Shown here in pieces: positions 18,397 to 30,598 of a stretch of 46,352 bases of DNA. The first letter of the stretch is position 1, and each line of letters begins with the position of its first letter. Made by a program: the position numbers and the translations under genes. The stretch is from Nemertoderma westbladi. Taxonomy: Eukaryota > Animalia > Xenacoelomorpha. Where the stretch lies: assembly GCA_032718475.1 (NCBI GenBank), contig JAUCBJ010003678.1, forward strand, positions 1 through 46,352. Direction: 5' to 3'. The notes under the pieces are model-generated. The model did not search any database and was not told the origin of the DNA. It saw only the letters and a program-made list of their open reading frames with translations.

Positions 18397-18859
18397 CTTC
18401 GAAACAAAGAGCACCAGGTCCGGATGTTGTCGTTGGGTTGGCGGACCGGACAGCAAGTGCTAGCTAATTGATAAATTGACAGTCGCGAAATCGATATAAT
18501 CTGATTGAACTACCTACCGGTATGTCTCATTGGGATCAAGCTAGATTTGACAATTACTAATAGCAATTTACTTTATTACAAAATTGTAACATTACTCAAT
18601 ACCGTTAGTTAGGCCTATTAACAGCTAGTTGTTATTTAGCACTTTACAACTTTAGAGGACATTCCAGTATTCAGTTGTCAGTATTGTATTGGCGAGTGGC
18701 CTGTACAATTACGGGTCCTACTAAATACTACAAAAAGCACAAAACAAGCACAAAAAAGTCAAGAAAAGCACAAAAAAGGTAAAAAAAAAGCACAAAAAAG
18801 TAAAAAAAAAGCACAAAAAAGCAAACTGATACCTGTTTATTGAGCTTGTAATAGAACAG

Positions 18860-20306
18860 ATGATAGAAGCAAAATCATGTAGTGCAGTAGTGTCTAGGCT
18901 AAATATTAAACGGGCCAGGGTTGCCGTCAGTCATGAGGAAATAATTGCTTACTTCGAACATCTAAAGAATACTCTGGAAGGGGTACCTATTAGTAATATT
19001 CTTAACTACGATGAAACAAACTTCACGGACAATCCTGGATCGAAGAAGTTAATTTTCAAGAGAGGGGTTAAGTAACCGGACAGAGTGCAGAACTTTTCCA
19101 AGGGAGCTATTAGTCTAATGTTTTCTGGAAGCGCCGATGGTATACTACAGCCCATTTACGTAGTGTATAAGGCAACAAACTTATGGAACAATTGGTGCGA
19201 AGGAGGACCACCAAAGACCCGATATGCTCGAACTACCAGTGGTTGGTTTGATGAAAGCATTTGAAGAGTGGTTTATGACTATTTGCTTGCCTTGGGCAAA
19301 ACATCTTGAAGGGAAAAAGGTGGTCATTGGTGATAACCTTAGTTCACACATTAGTGAAGGGGTAATAGATCAATGTTCTCGCAATAACATTACGTTTGTC
19401 TTCCTTCCAGCCAATAGCACCCATCTAACCCAGCCTCTGGATGTGGCTTTCTTCAGACCTCTTAAAGGCCATTGGCGAACATTGCTAGACAGCTACAAGA
19501 CTAAAAACCCCAGCAGTATTTCACTTGAGAAACAATCCTTCCCACGTCTCCTAAATCAACTAATAATCAAGCTCAATGAGAATGGGGCAGCATCCACAAA
19601 AATTAAAGCTGGCTTTCGAGCAGCTGGTATAGCACCATTTGATCCTACTAATGTATTGAAGAAGATTCAACATGTAACGAGTTCTGCTTCCCATTCCACA
19701 CCCACCTCTGCAGAATCTTTGGTGTCTTTGGTTCTTTCCAATGAGGTACTTCCTTCAACAGATGACTTCTCAGCAACAATTCAACATGGTCAGCCTGTGC
19801 CCACTGCAGTGTTCCAGGAATTACCAAGTCCTTCAACTGTAGGTACTTCTGCTTCCTGCAATGTTGTCTCTGCAATAATTCCCAATGAACAGCCCATTGC
19901 CATCTCACAGGAATCACCAGGTACTTCAATTGCATGTACTTCTTCTTTCTCAGGTGTTGTCTCTGCAACAATTCCCAATGGGCAGACCGCTGCAGCAGTG
20001 CAGGAATCTCCAAGTACTTCAGCGAGAAAGTTTACCTCTAGTTCTCTTCTTGATTATTTGAAACTGTCACGTGAAAAGAATGTTAGTAAAATTACCAGGC
20101 GACGTAAATTGAATGTTCCTGCTGGAAAATCAGTATCCGCAGAGGAGTATGATAAAATGAAAAAACGAGAGGAGGAAAATATTCGTGGTCGAGGTCGCTG
20201 TGCCATTCGAGGCCGCGGTGCCACTCGTGGATGTGGTGCCATTCCAAGCCATGGCACCAACCCAGGTCGTGGGACCAATCCAAGGGGTGGCAACATTCAG
20301 AGGTAG
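18860..20306 (+). pseudogene. pogo DD35D (DDE_1) transposase pseudogene
   Basis: NYDETN...SGWFD...GDNLSSH...FLPANSTHLTQPLDVAFFRPLK with 35 residues between the 2nd and 3rd Asp; TAA at 19073-19075; frameshift near 19257; HTH domain missing. The acidic tail continues in frame at ~23482-23826 beyond the insertion. Confidence 0.9.
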
Positions 20307-20309
20307 AAT

Positions 20310-23300
20310 TATATGTCAGATGCCGTCCGATCCGATCCGATCCGATGCAATTCAGCAATTATTCTAGCTACAACTGTCAGACTGCAGACTGTACAAGCCT
20401 AGCTGCTTAGGCCTACTTCTGTTTTGCCTATCACAGTTTCTCTAACTCAATATCCCTTTAATTGAATATCAGAATATTCCACCTATCTTTGCCGTGTTTT
20501 ATTTAATTAATATAGGGCATAATAAATTAGTAGAGGAGCTAGATCTGAAAACTGATTATATCGCGGTTATACGGCGCCTACACTTTTCTTTACTGCAATG
20601 AAAGCCGGTGTATAGCTGTATAGTACCCGGCTGCGTGGGTTCCAGGACGAAGGTCAGAAAAAAAGCACTACTGTATGGCCACTTTTCGACCGTCGACACA
20701 AAGCCGCTGCGAAGTTATTATGGGACAGGATGGTGATGCTCGGTAGACAGTGGCGGTTCTAGGGGGGGGGGGGGGGGGGCAGGGGGGGCATCTGCCCCTC
20801 CCCAGGTATCTTGGGGGGGGGCTTGCCCCCTCCCTAGCGAAAGGTAATGTGGTAAATCCGTACCAGTGGGTACCGACTTGCTCGAAAACAGACCTCTCTG
20901 GGAAAAGACTTCTATTTTTTTTCAAAATTTAGTTACTACCCGGAGATATCCATTATAAAACACTCTGATATTTTTGTAAAATTCTGGAACTTTGGGAATT
21001 CGGGAAAAAATCGGGAAATTTTCTTCAAAGTATAATAATTTTTTTAATGTTTCCTTTTGTTTATTTTTTTTCATTGGGGGCTGCGACGAACTGTAGCTTG
21101 TTTCCGAAACGTGCAGTGGCGTGCAGAAGGGGGGGGGGGGGGGGGGGGGGGGGCACCTTCCAAGGGGCGCCAAAATTTGAGCAGTAGTGGCATCATAGCC
21201 AGCTGATAGTATAATGGTGGTTCCAAGTTTAGCTTATTGATGCTAGACATTTAGCCCATCCAACATACAAACATAGTAGTTTGGTTCTGTATTGGTTGCA
21301 TAGCCTTTCAGCACTGCCCACATTGCACATGTGAAGGTGTCACAGGTGAGAAGGTAGATGTCTCCTGCGATTGGTCCATGGTATGGTCACTGGAAATATC
21401 TCCATTGGTAAGTTCAGTGGCTTTGTGGTTTAAGGCATGTGCAAGTAAATTTAAGCAGTAAATTTCTTAATATAATATAATTTTGCAATTAAAATAGTCT
21501 TAAAATAGTCATTTAATTACTTCAATATTTTCCACTACCACACATGTTATGAAAGTTTGTGCGGCTAAAATACTAAAGTATATTTATTGCCTCTTAAATA
21601 ATTAAATATAAGATAATTATTTTATTGCGCAGAACACCATCTCCATACCGAAACCTAACTAACCAAAACAATAAACGATATCATTACAAATTAATGGAAA
21701 GGAGTGCCACACACGTCGCGTCTCTCCTCCACATCTTTGGAACGATACGGGTTACCACCAGCTGACGGCTGCGACCCTTCCATTAACTAAATAATTAGAT
21801 AATTAGACATAGACGGGTTTAGACAAAGTTGTTGTTAGGAATGTTTTTTTTGAACGATTTAAAGCTGGCGTTTATAAACGGGCCGGGGCCTTTACAAGTC
21901 CGAAAAATTGACCTCAGCAAATTAAATATTTTGCCCCCCCCCCCCCCCCCCCCCCAGCAAAATCCTACAACCGCCCCTGTCGGTAGAGGACGCTCTAGGA
22001 CATGAGACACGTAGTAAAGTTAATTGTTAAAGATGTCCCAACATTATTTTAGCTTTGTATTGTATTTATTTGTGTGCAATTAAAAGGTCATGGTACAATC
22101 AAATCAATCCCATCAAATCAAATCCATTCGTATTTTGAGTTTTTTCGAATTTGTTTTACAAATACAGGTTTAAATTTCAACTTTAAATTGCAAAAAACAT
22201 ATTAATAGCGGTTCTATCTAAGGTAACAATCGGGGGGGGGGGGGGGGGGGGGGGGGGTGTGGTTGGGTTAATTAACATAGTCCTGTGGTCGGTTAGTTAT
22301 AATAAATATAAAAAAAATTATTTAAATGATAAAGGTCCGCTTTTCAAAAATGTGCCCTACCCCACTCCAGATGCTCCCTACGTCCATGCTACAGGTAAAG
22401 CTAGTAATTGGCTTGGAGGAGGGAGGGGGAACTGGAGGTACGTCGTACACCCTCCCACGAAATTGTTTATACTAATTGGTGTTTGATAATTTTTTAAACA
22501 TTTCAAAAAATATTCGTTCTAGAACATTATTTTTTAAAAATAAAATAGCTAGTCATGTTCTGGTATATTTCAAAAAATAAATTCAAAAACTTAACTAGAT
22601 AGTATATTAAATTTGGTCTTTCTGACTATCCGACAATCTGTCCGTCATATATAAGAAATAAGAAAATTTCGATAAAGCTGTAAAGTTTCCCCCAGGATAA
22701 TAATAATAATTTTATAATGGCTTTAATTAACCTAATCTTACTTAAAAATCATGACAACTAAATTATTGTTTAACAAATACATTTCAACGGATACAATAAA
22801 TTTGTTTAATACACTCTAATTATATTGACGCAAAGGAACAACATATATCAAGAGAGAGACTTTCAGTCTGGATTTCCGCATAGAAAAATAGTTTTACTAA
22901 TTAGTATTAATTATTATGGGTAGAATGTATTCGAATATTTCAAGTGATTATTTTAATGAAACGTTCTTTAATGAAAGTTCTTCCCCCCGATTTCCCATCG
23001 AGTTTTCCATCTCAGAGTTTGTACCGTAGAGTTTCATGGACCAGCTGTAGTATCGGGATACATAATGCCCCGGTCTTCCCGCTTCCCGTTTCCGCCGCCA
23101 TCAGCACAGTCTCCACCGCCCAGGATCAGAGCTGCAGAGGGACAGCCTCACCCTGCTAGTTGGTCGGTAGACTCCATTCCAGGACATCCAACGCGCGTCC
23201 GATTTCCTTCTAAACACCACAGTCAGCTACAGAGCTACGAACGATCCCATACTGTGTACTGCAGTACTGCCATACCTGCATACTGCCATATACAATAATG

Positions 23301-23481
23301 CAATAGGCCAAAAGTTAGATAGTCCTACTGCCAGACTGCGTTCAGTGTTAGGCAAAACAGAAGAACAGAAGTAGGCCTAAGCAGCTAGGCTTGTACAGTC
23401 TGCAGTCTGACAGTTGTAGCTACAATAATTGCCGAAATGCATCGGATCGGATCGGATCGGATCGGACGGCATCTGACTATA
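20310..23481. mobile_element. Non-autonomous TIR element with ~120-bp TIRs containing (TCCGA)n and an apparent 3-bp TSD AAT
   Basis: 20310-20430 is the inverted repeat of ~23349-23481; AAT at 20307-20309 and 23482-23484. Removal restores the transposase tail frame. Confidence 0.8.
20748..21979. mobile_element. hAT-type MITE with poly-G subterminal tracts
   Basis: TIR CAGTGGCGGTTCTAGG vs reverse complement CAGGGGCGGTTGTAGG; perfect 8-bp TSD TCGGTAGA at 20740-20747 and 21980-21987. Confidence 0.88.
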
Positions 23482-25141
23482 AATGCACCCTACAACATTC
23501 AAGATCGTAACAGTTTACATAACCGTGGAGTGGGCCGTGGTCACTCTATGGGAGTAAGAAGAAGGATCATTTGTAACGGAAATTATCATCAAGATAGCGA
23601 GTCTGAGAGTGAGGGAGAGAGCGACAGTTTGGATTCTTTCTCTGACACAGACACTGACATGACTGATAACACAATTGCTGCGATTTTGGATTCAGACAAC
23701 ATCAGTATTGACAACTTCGAATATGATGATTATAGTGACACTATGAGTGAGGAAAATGATGTATGTGACGATGTGACTCCAAGTAGATCGATTGCCAACT
23801 GGAATATATGGAACTACCTGAACTAGGCCAATTAGAGGCACTTAATAATGATTATCATTAACTATTGTTTTGTTAGGTATATTTGTCTATTTTTTAGAAC
23901 AGAAATTTACAATTACTGTCTAATTTGAGAAATTGCCAGTTTTGTTAGAGATAAATCGCAGTATTGGCAATGCAATACTTGGCAAATGCAATATTTTAGA
24001 TTAGAAATTTACCATTTTAATTTGAAAAACATTTATACTTCTACAATTTTTCAGAATAGAAATTGCCAATCTAGTTAGATAAACTTGTATTCTTATATGA
24101 TGTAATTTTATAGAATATAACCAAAGTTTTAGGTTCAGAATAGAAATATACTAGACCAATTAAAGAAACTCACCTGTTATTGCCTTATTATTCAATTAGA
24201 TTTATGTAATTTTTTCGCATAATAAATTCTTATAGCATTTCTATAGGAATGTAGGAAATTTTATAAGGGGTGGTGCTAATTTTTTAAAATGCATTTTATG
24301 GGCAAAGTAGCCCCCCAATGGCAGAATGGGGCTAAATTAGCTCTTTTATCTGGTTTTCATTGCCAAATTATAGCAAAAAGTGCTTGCTTGAAACAGTGTA
24401 AATTCATTTAGTGGGCAAAGTTAGCCATACCTGGGGCTACTTTGCCCACAGCATAAATTTTTAAAAAACTATAAACACGTTATTATATGCCCTTGGACTG
24501 AATGTTTTCACAAAATAAAATTACTAGTGCACCATACTGCCATAATTCACAATATTTCGTGCTGGTAATTAGGGCTCGATCGGAGTTTTTATTTTGCCGG
24601 AGCCGGAGTGGAAAAAAAATTGCCGGAGTTTGACCAGAGCCGGAGTTTCTTTCCCTATGTGTATTTTCCCTATATCCGGACCGGGTCGCCGTCGTTAGTA
24701 CCTACTAATATCCGGGTCGCCGTCGTCGGTACTCATATCCGGGCACCGGGTCACCGTCGTTGGTACTTATATCCTGGTCGCGGACAGAACTCCTTGCATC
24801 ATTCTCAGTCCATTCCCCTTCCAGAATTATAGTACATATAGCTGTATAGTAGTACCTACAGTAGCTTGAGGTGCGGGATTGTCAGACTGTGTATTCAAGC
24901 TGTCAGGTAGGCCTACCACTACCAGTACAGCAGTTCCGGAATTAGATTAAGTCAGTGAGTACAGAAGTCAGGAAGTAGTACCGGTACTACAGTACTACTG
25001 TACTGCTGTAGTACTACCAGTACCAGCCTGCCAGTAAATCTAAGTTATTTAGTAGGCCTAGGCCTATTACACTGCCTGATTGCTTTACCAGTTTACCTGT
25101 TTACTGCAGTACTCTGGTACTGTAGTATAGTAATACTGTAA

Positions 25142-26408
25142 TCCACGAAGCTAAGGAAAATCAACTACTTTCGCTAAGAAAGATTTTCCTTAGCTGAGAT
25201 GGTCTATTCATAGTGGGCTATTTTACTTGTATGGGGCAGATTTGTTTTTTTTTGGTCGGGGAAAAAACTAGCCTTTAAAAGTACCCTGAAATTTTGCATG
25301 TATATACAACTCATCAAGGCGCGTCGTGTGGGATGGGTCTCATATTCAGGAAAAATCTGGTTTCCATGGCAACGGACTTAGAAAAAAGTCTATGTATTTC
25401 AAGTCAATATTTGTAACTCTATTTGTAGGAAAACTATAATACATATAAACTTGGGGTTTCTCAACACAACTATAAGGTCCATAGCAGAGCCGATTGAGGT
25501 TAAATAGAAAATCCAGTTACCTTGGCAACCGGGCTAAACAGATGTTAAAATTTTTAAAATGTTAATTTGAAGCCTAAGGTTAAGGTGTGATGACTTGGGA
25601 CCAATCCCTACCCCCACTATATAACTTATTCTGCGTCCGAATTTGATTGTTCTATTTTGCAGTTACCTTGACAACCGCTGAAAACAGATGTTTTTATACG
25701 AAAATTATTCATTTGTACATAGACTTCACGATAAAATTTTACGAAACTAGGTATGTGTTATCTGGACCACTAGTTGGAACTTTTAGTGAAACTCAAAACA
25801 TTCCAGAAATATCTAGTTACCATGGTAACTGTAGTTTTTTTAAAGTTATATATCATTCAAGTCTATAATCATAACTCTATTTGGAGAAAAACTGTAATAT
25901 ATATAAACTTGGGGTTTTGCAACTCATCTATAAGGTCCATATACAAGCCGTTCGAAGTTAATTAGAAAATCCATTTACCATAGCAACAAGAGTAAACAGA
26001 TGTTAAAATTAATAAAATGATAATTTGAAGCACAATTTAATAGTATTATGACTTGGGACCAACACCTACCCCCACTATATGACTTATTCTGCATCCGAAT
26101 TACATTGTTCTATTTTTCAGTTTCCATGACAACCACTGCAAACAGATGCATTTTGATAGAAAATCTGTAATTTGGACATAAACTACAATATTTTCTGAAA
26201 CTCGATGTGTTATCTGAAAAACAATCTGGACTGAATCTTTTTTCAAAGGTAAAACCAACAGTTCCAGAGAACTCTAGTTTCCATGGGAATAGAAGTTATT
26301 TATTGGCAAATGCTACTAAACTAGGCTAAGCAACGAACCAAATTGTGGCCGTTTGTTTAATTTTCCTTAGCTTCGTGGTTGCATTTCCTTTAGGAAATGC
26401 CTTTCTAG
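25142..26408 (+). mobile_element. Helitron-like copy 1
   Basis: A|TCCACG...CTAG|T, 1267 bp. Confidence 0.9.
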
Positions 26409-26558
26409 TAATAGTAGTATCAAAGTAGTACAGTCAGACAGTACTGCAGTACTACCGGTACTGGACAGCTGGAGTAGGCTATTGGAGTACCGTACACTGG
26501 AATATACTGCTGCCATATGCCTATCTGCCTATACTAGCCTATATATTATGTACATTAA

Positions 26559-27828
26559 TCCACGAAGCTAAGGAAAATCAACTACTTTCGCTAAGAAAGA
26601 TTTTCCTTAGCTGAGATGGTCTATTCATAGTGGGCTATTTTACTTGTATGGAGCAGATTTGGGGTTTTTTGGTCGGGGAAAAAACTAGCCTTTAAAAGTA
26701 CCCTGAAATTTTGCATGTATGTACTACTCATCGAGGCGCGTCGTGTGGGATGGGTCTCATATTCAGGAAAAATCTGGTTTCCATGGCAACGGACTTAGAA
26801 AAAAGTCTATGTATTTCAAGTCAATATTTATAACTCTATTTGTAGGAAAACTATAATAGATATAAACTTGGGGTTTCTCAACTCAACTGTAAGGTCCGCA
26901 GCAGAGCTGATTGAGGTTCAATAGAAAATCCAGTTGCCTTGGCAACCGGGCTAGACAGATGTTAAAATTTATAAAATGTTAATTTGAAGCCTAAGGTTAA
27001 GGTGTTATGACTTGGGACCAACCCCTACCCCCACTATATAACTTATTCTGCATCCGAATTACATTGTTCTATTTTTCAGTTACCATGACAACCGCTGAAA
27101 ACAGATGTTTTTATTCAAAACTTATTCATTTGGACATAGACTTCACGATAAAATTTTACAAAACTGGGTATGTGTTATCTGGACCATTAGTTGGAACTTT
27201 TAGTGAAACTTAAATTATTCCAGAAATTTAGTTACCATGGTAACTGTAGTTTATTAAACTCTATATCATTCAAATCTATATTGATAACTCTATTTGTAGC
27301 AAAACTGTAATATATATAAACTTGGGGTTTTGCAACTCATCTATAAGATCCATATCCAAGCCGTTTGAGGTTAATTAGAAAATACAGTTACCATAGCAAC
27401 AAGTCTAAACAGATGTTAAAATTTATAAAATGATAATTTGAAGCACAAGTTAATAGTATTATGACTTGGGACCAACCCCTACCCCCACTATATGACTTAT
27501 TCTGCATCCGAATTACATTGTTCTATTTTTCAGTTTCTATGACAACCACTGCAAACAGATGCATTTTGATAGAAAATCGGTAATTTGGACATAAACTACA
27601 ATATTTTCTGAAACTCAGTATATGACGTGTTATCTGAACCACAATCTGTACTGAATTTTTTTTCAAAGGTTAAAGCAACAGTTCCAGAGAACTCTAGTTT
27701 CCATGGGAATAGAAGTTAATTATTGACAATTGCTACTAAACGAGGCTAAGCAACGAACCAAAGTGTGGCAGTTTGTTTAATTTTCCTTAGCTTCGTGGTT
27801 GCATTTCCTTTAGGAAATGCCTTTCTCG
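26559..27828 (+). mobile_element. Helitron-like copy 2
   Basis: A|TCCACG...CTCG|T. Confidence 0.9.
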
Positions 27829-27837
27829 TATAAAACA

Positions 27838-29105
27838 TCCACGAAGCTAAGGAAAATCAACTACTTTCGCTAAGAAAGATTTTCCTTAGCTGAGATGGTC
27901 TATTCATAGTGGGCTATTTTACTTGTATGGAGCAGATTTGGTTTTTTTTGGTCGGGGAAAAAACTAGCCTTTAAAAGTACCCTGAAATTTTCCATGTATA
28001 TACTACTCGACGAGGCGCATCTTTTGGGCCGGGTCTCATATCCAGGAAAAATCTGGTTTCCATGGCAACGGGCTTCAAAAAAAGTCTATGTATTTCAAGT
28101 CAATATTTATAACTCTATTTGTAGGAAAACTATAATAGATATAAACTTGGGGATTCGCAACACAACTATAAGGTCAATAGCAGATCCGATTGAGGCTAAA
28201 TAGAAAATCCAGTTACCTTGGCAACCGGGCTAAACAGATGTTAAAATTTACAAAATGATAATTTGAAGCCTAAGGGCAAGTTGTTATGACTTGGGACCAA
28301 CCCCTACCCCCACTATATAACTTATTCTGCATCCGAATTACATTGTTATATTTTTCAGTTACCATGACAACCGCAGAAAACAGATGTTTTTATACAAAAA
28401 TTATTCATTTGGACATAGAATTCGCGATAAAATTTTACAAAACTGGGTATGTGTTATCTGGACCACTAGTTGGAACTTTTAGTGAAACTCAAATCATTCC
28501 AGAAATATCTTGTTACCATGGTAACTGAAGTTTATTAAAGTCTATATCATTCAAGTCTAAATTCAATACACTATTTGTAGCAAAACTGTAATATATATAA
28601 ACTTGGGGTTTTGCAACTAATATATAAGGTCCATATCCAAGCCGTTCGAGGTTAATTAGAAAATCCAGTTACCATAGCAACAAGACTAAACAAATGTTAA
28701 AATTTATAAAATGATTATTTGAAGCACAAGTTAATAGTATTATGACTTGGGACCAAGACCTACCCCCATTATATGACTTATTCTGCATCCGAATTACATT
28801 GTTCTATTTTTCAGTTTCCATGACAACCACTGCAAACAGATGCATTTTGATAGAAAATCGGTAATTTGGACATAAACTACAATATTTTCTGAAACTTGGT
28901 ATGTGTTATCTGAACCACAATCTGGACTGAATCTTTTTTCAAAGGTAAAACCAACAGTTCCAGAGAATTCTAGTTTCCATAGGAATATAAGTTATTTATT
29001 GGCAAATGCTAGTAAACTAGGCTAAGCAACAAACCATAATTGTGGCCCTTTGTTTAATTTTCCTTAGCTTCGTGGTTGCATTTCCTTCAGGAAATGCCTT
29101 TCTAG
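27838..29105 (+). mobile_element. Helitron-like copy 3
   Basis: A|TCCACG...CTAG|T; 9-bp spacer from copy 2. Confidence 0.9.
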
Positions 29106-29872
29106 TACATTATTAAAAAAACTCCGGCTCCGGTGATTTTTCTAACTCGCTCCGGTTCGGAGCCGGATGTAAGAAACTCCGGCCGGAGCCGGAGCCGGAA
29201 CTCCGATCGAGCCCTACTGGTAATCAGTAATAGTGGTTGATATGTTTTTACACAATGTAACATCCATAGTGCATAGGCCTATATGCTTTCGTAAAAATGG
29301 GCAAAGTAACCCCATTTTACGGTAGGGCCTACCCAAAAAGACAAATTTTTTTTTCCATAAACAATGTACCGGTACCGGTAGGCCTATGTACCGGTCCACG
29401 AAGCTAAGGAAAATCAACTACTTTCGCTAAGAAAGATTTTCCTTAGCTGAGATGGTCTATTCATAGTGGGCTATTTTACTTGTATGGAGCAGATTTGGTT
29501 TTTTTTGGTCGGGGAAAAAACTAGCCTTTAAAAGTACCCTGAAATTTTGCATGTATGTACTACTCAACGAGACGCATCTTCTGGGCCGGGTCTCATATCC
29601 AGGAAAAATCTGGTTTCCATGGCAACGGACTTCAAAAAAAGTCTATGTATTTCAAGTCAATATTTATAACTCTATTTGTAGGAAAACTATAATAGATATA
29701 AACTTGGGGTTTCGCAACACAACTATAAGGTCCATAGCAGATCCGATTGAGGCTAAATAGAAAATCCAGTTACCTAGGCAACCGGGATAAACAGATGTTA
29801 AAATTTATAAAATGTTAATTTGAGGCCTAAGGGCAAGGTGTTATGACTTGGGACCAACCCCTACCCCCACTA

Positions 29873-30598
29873 TCCACGAAGCTAAGGAAAATCAACTACT
29901 TTCGCTAAGAAAGATTTTCCTTAGCTGAGATGGTCTATTCATAGTGGGCTATTTTACTTGTGTGAGGCAGATTTGGTTTTTTTTGATAGGTGAAAAAACT
30001 AGCCTTTAAAAGTACCCTGAAATTTTGCATGTATATACTACTCGTCGAGGCGCATCTTTTGGGCTGGGTCTCATATCCAGGAAAAATCTGGTTTCCATGG
30101 CAACGGACTTAGAAAAAAGTCTATGTATTTCAAGTCAATATTTATAACTCTATTTGTAGGAAAACTATAATAGATATAAACTTGGGGTTTCTCAACTCAA
30201 CTATAAGGTCCATAGCAGAGCCGATTGAGGTTAAATAGAAAATCCAGTTACCTTGGCAACCGGGCTAGACAGATGTTAAAATTTATAAAATGTTAATTTG
30301 AAGCCTAAGGTTAAGGTGTTATGACTTGGGACCAACCCCTACCCCCACTATATAACTTATTCTGCATCCGAATTACATTGTTCTATTTTTCAGTTACCAT
30401 GACAACCGCTGAAAACAGATGTTTTTATTCAAAACTTATTCATTTGGACATAGACTTCACGATAAAATTTTACAAAACTGGGTATGTGTTATCTGGACCA
30501 CGAGTTGGAACTTTTAGTGAAACTTAAATTATTCCAGAAATTTAGTTACCATGGTAACTGTAGTTTATTAAACTCTATATCATTCAAATCTATATTGA
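29873..30598 (+). mobile_element. Helitron-like copy 5 (5' part only, fused to copy 6)
   Basis: Starts TCCACG and stops at 'tatattga'; its 3' remainder is absent. Confidence 0.85.

Larger units (their letters stand above)
24570..29216. mobile_element. hAT-type non-autonomous element carrying three Helitron-like copies
   Basis: 18-bp TIR TAGGGCTCGATCGGAGTT; subterminal (GCCGGA)n; perfect 8-bp TSD CTGGTAAT at 24562-24569 and 29217-29224. Confidence 0.92.
18860..29322 (+). mobile_element. pogo-like (Tc1/mariner superfamily) DNA transposon, 5'-truncated, interrupted by nested insertions
   Basis: Transposase remnant; subterminal 'gggcaaagtagcccc' repeats at 24300-24450; right TIR 'gggcaaagtaaccccattttacgg' ending 29322 followed by TA. 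Left TIR not found. Confidence 0.75.
18702..29369 (+). mobile_element. A/C-rich non-autonomous element (copy 1) split by the pogo nest
   Basis: Left piece 'tgtaca..acgggtcctac' plus A-rich (aaaaagcac)n at 18702-18825; right piece 'ggcctacccaaaaagacaaa..tttttt.cataaacaatgtac' at 29326-29369. The same ends occur at 41805 and 46119-46163. Confidence 0.55.

Noticed and set aside
18397-18456. 20-aa N-terminal extension of the thiolase
   Set aside because: It starts at TTG; thiolase homology begins at the ATG at 18396.
23437-23826. Independent 129-aa acidic protein gene
   Set aside because: Its start lies in the TIR of the inserted element; the rest is the displaced tail of the pogo transposase.
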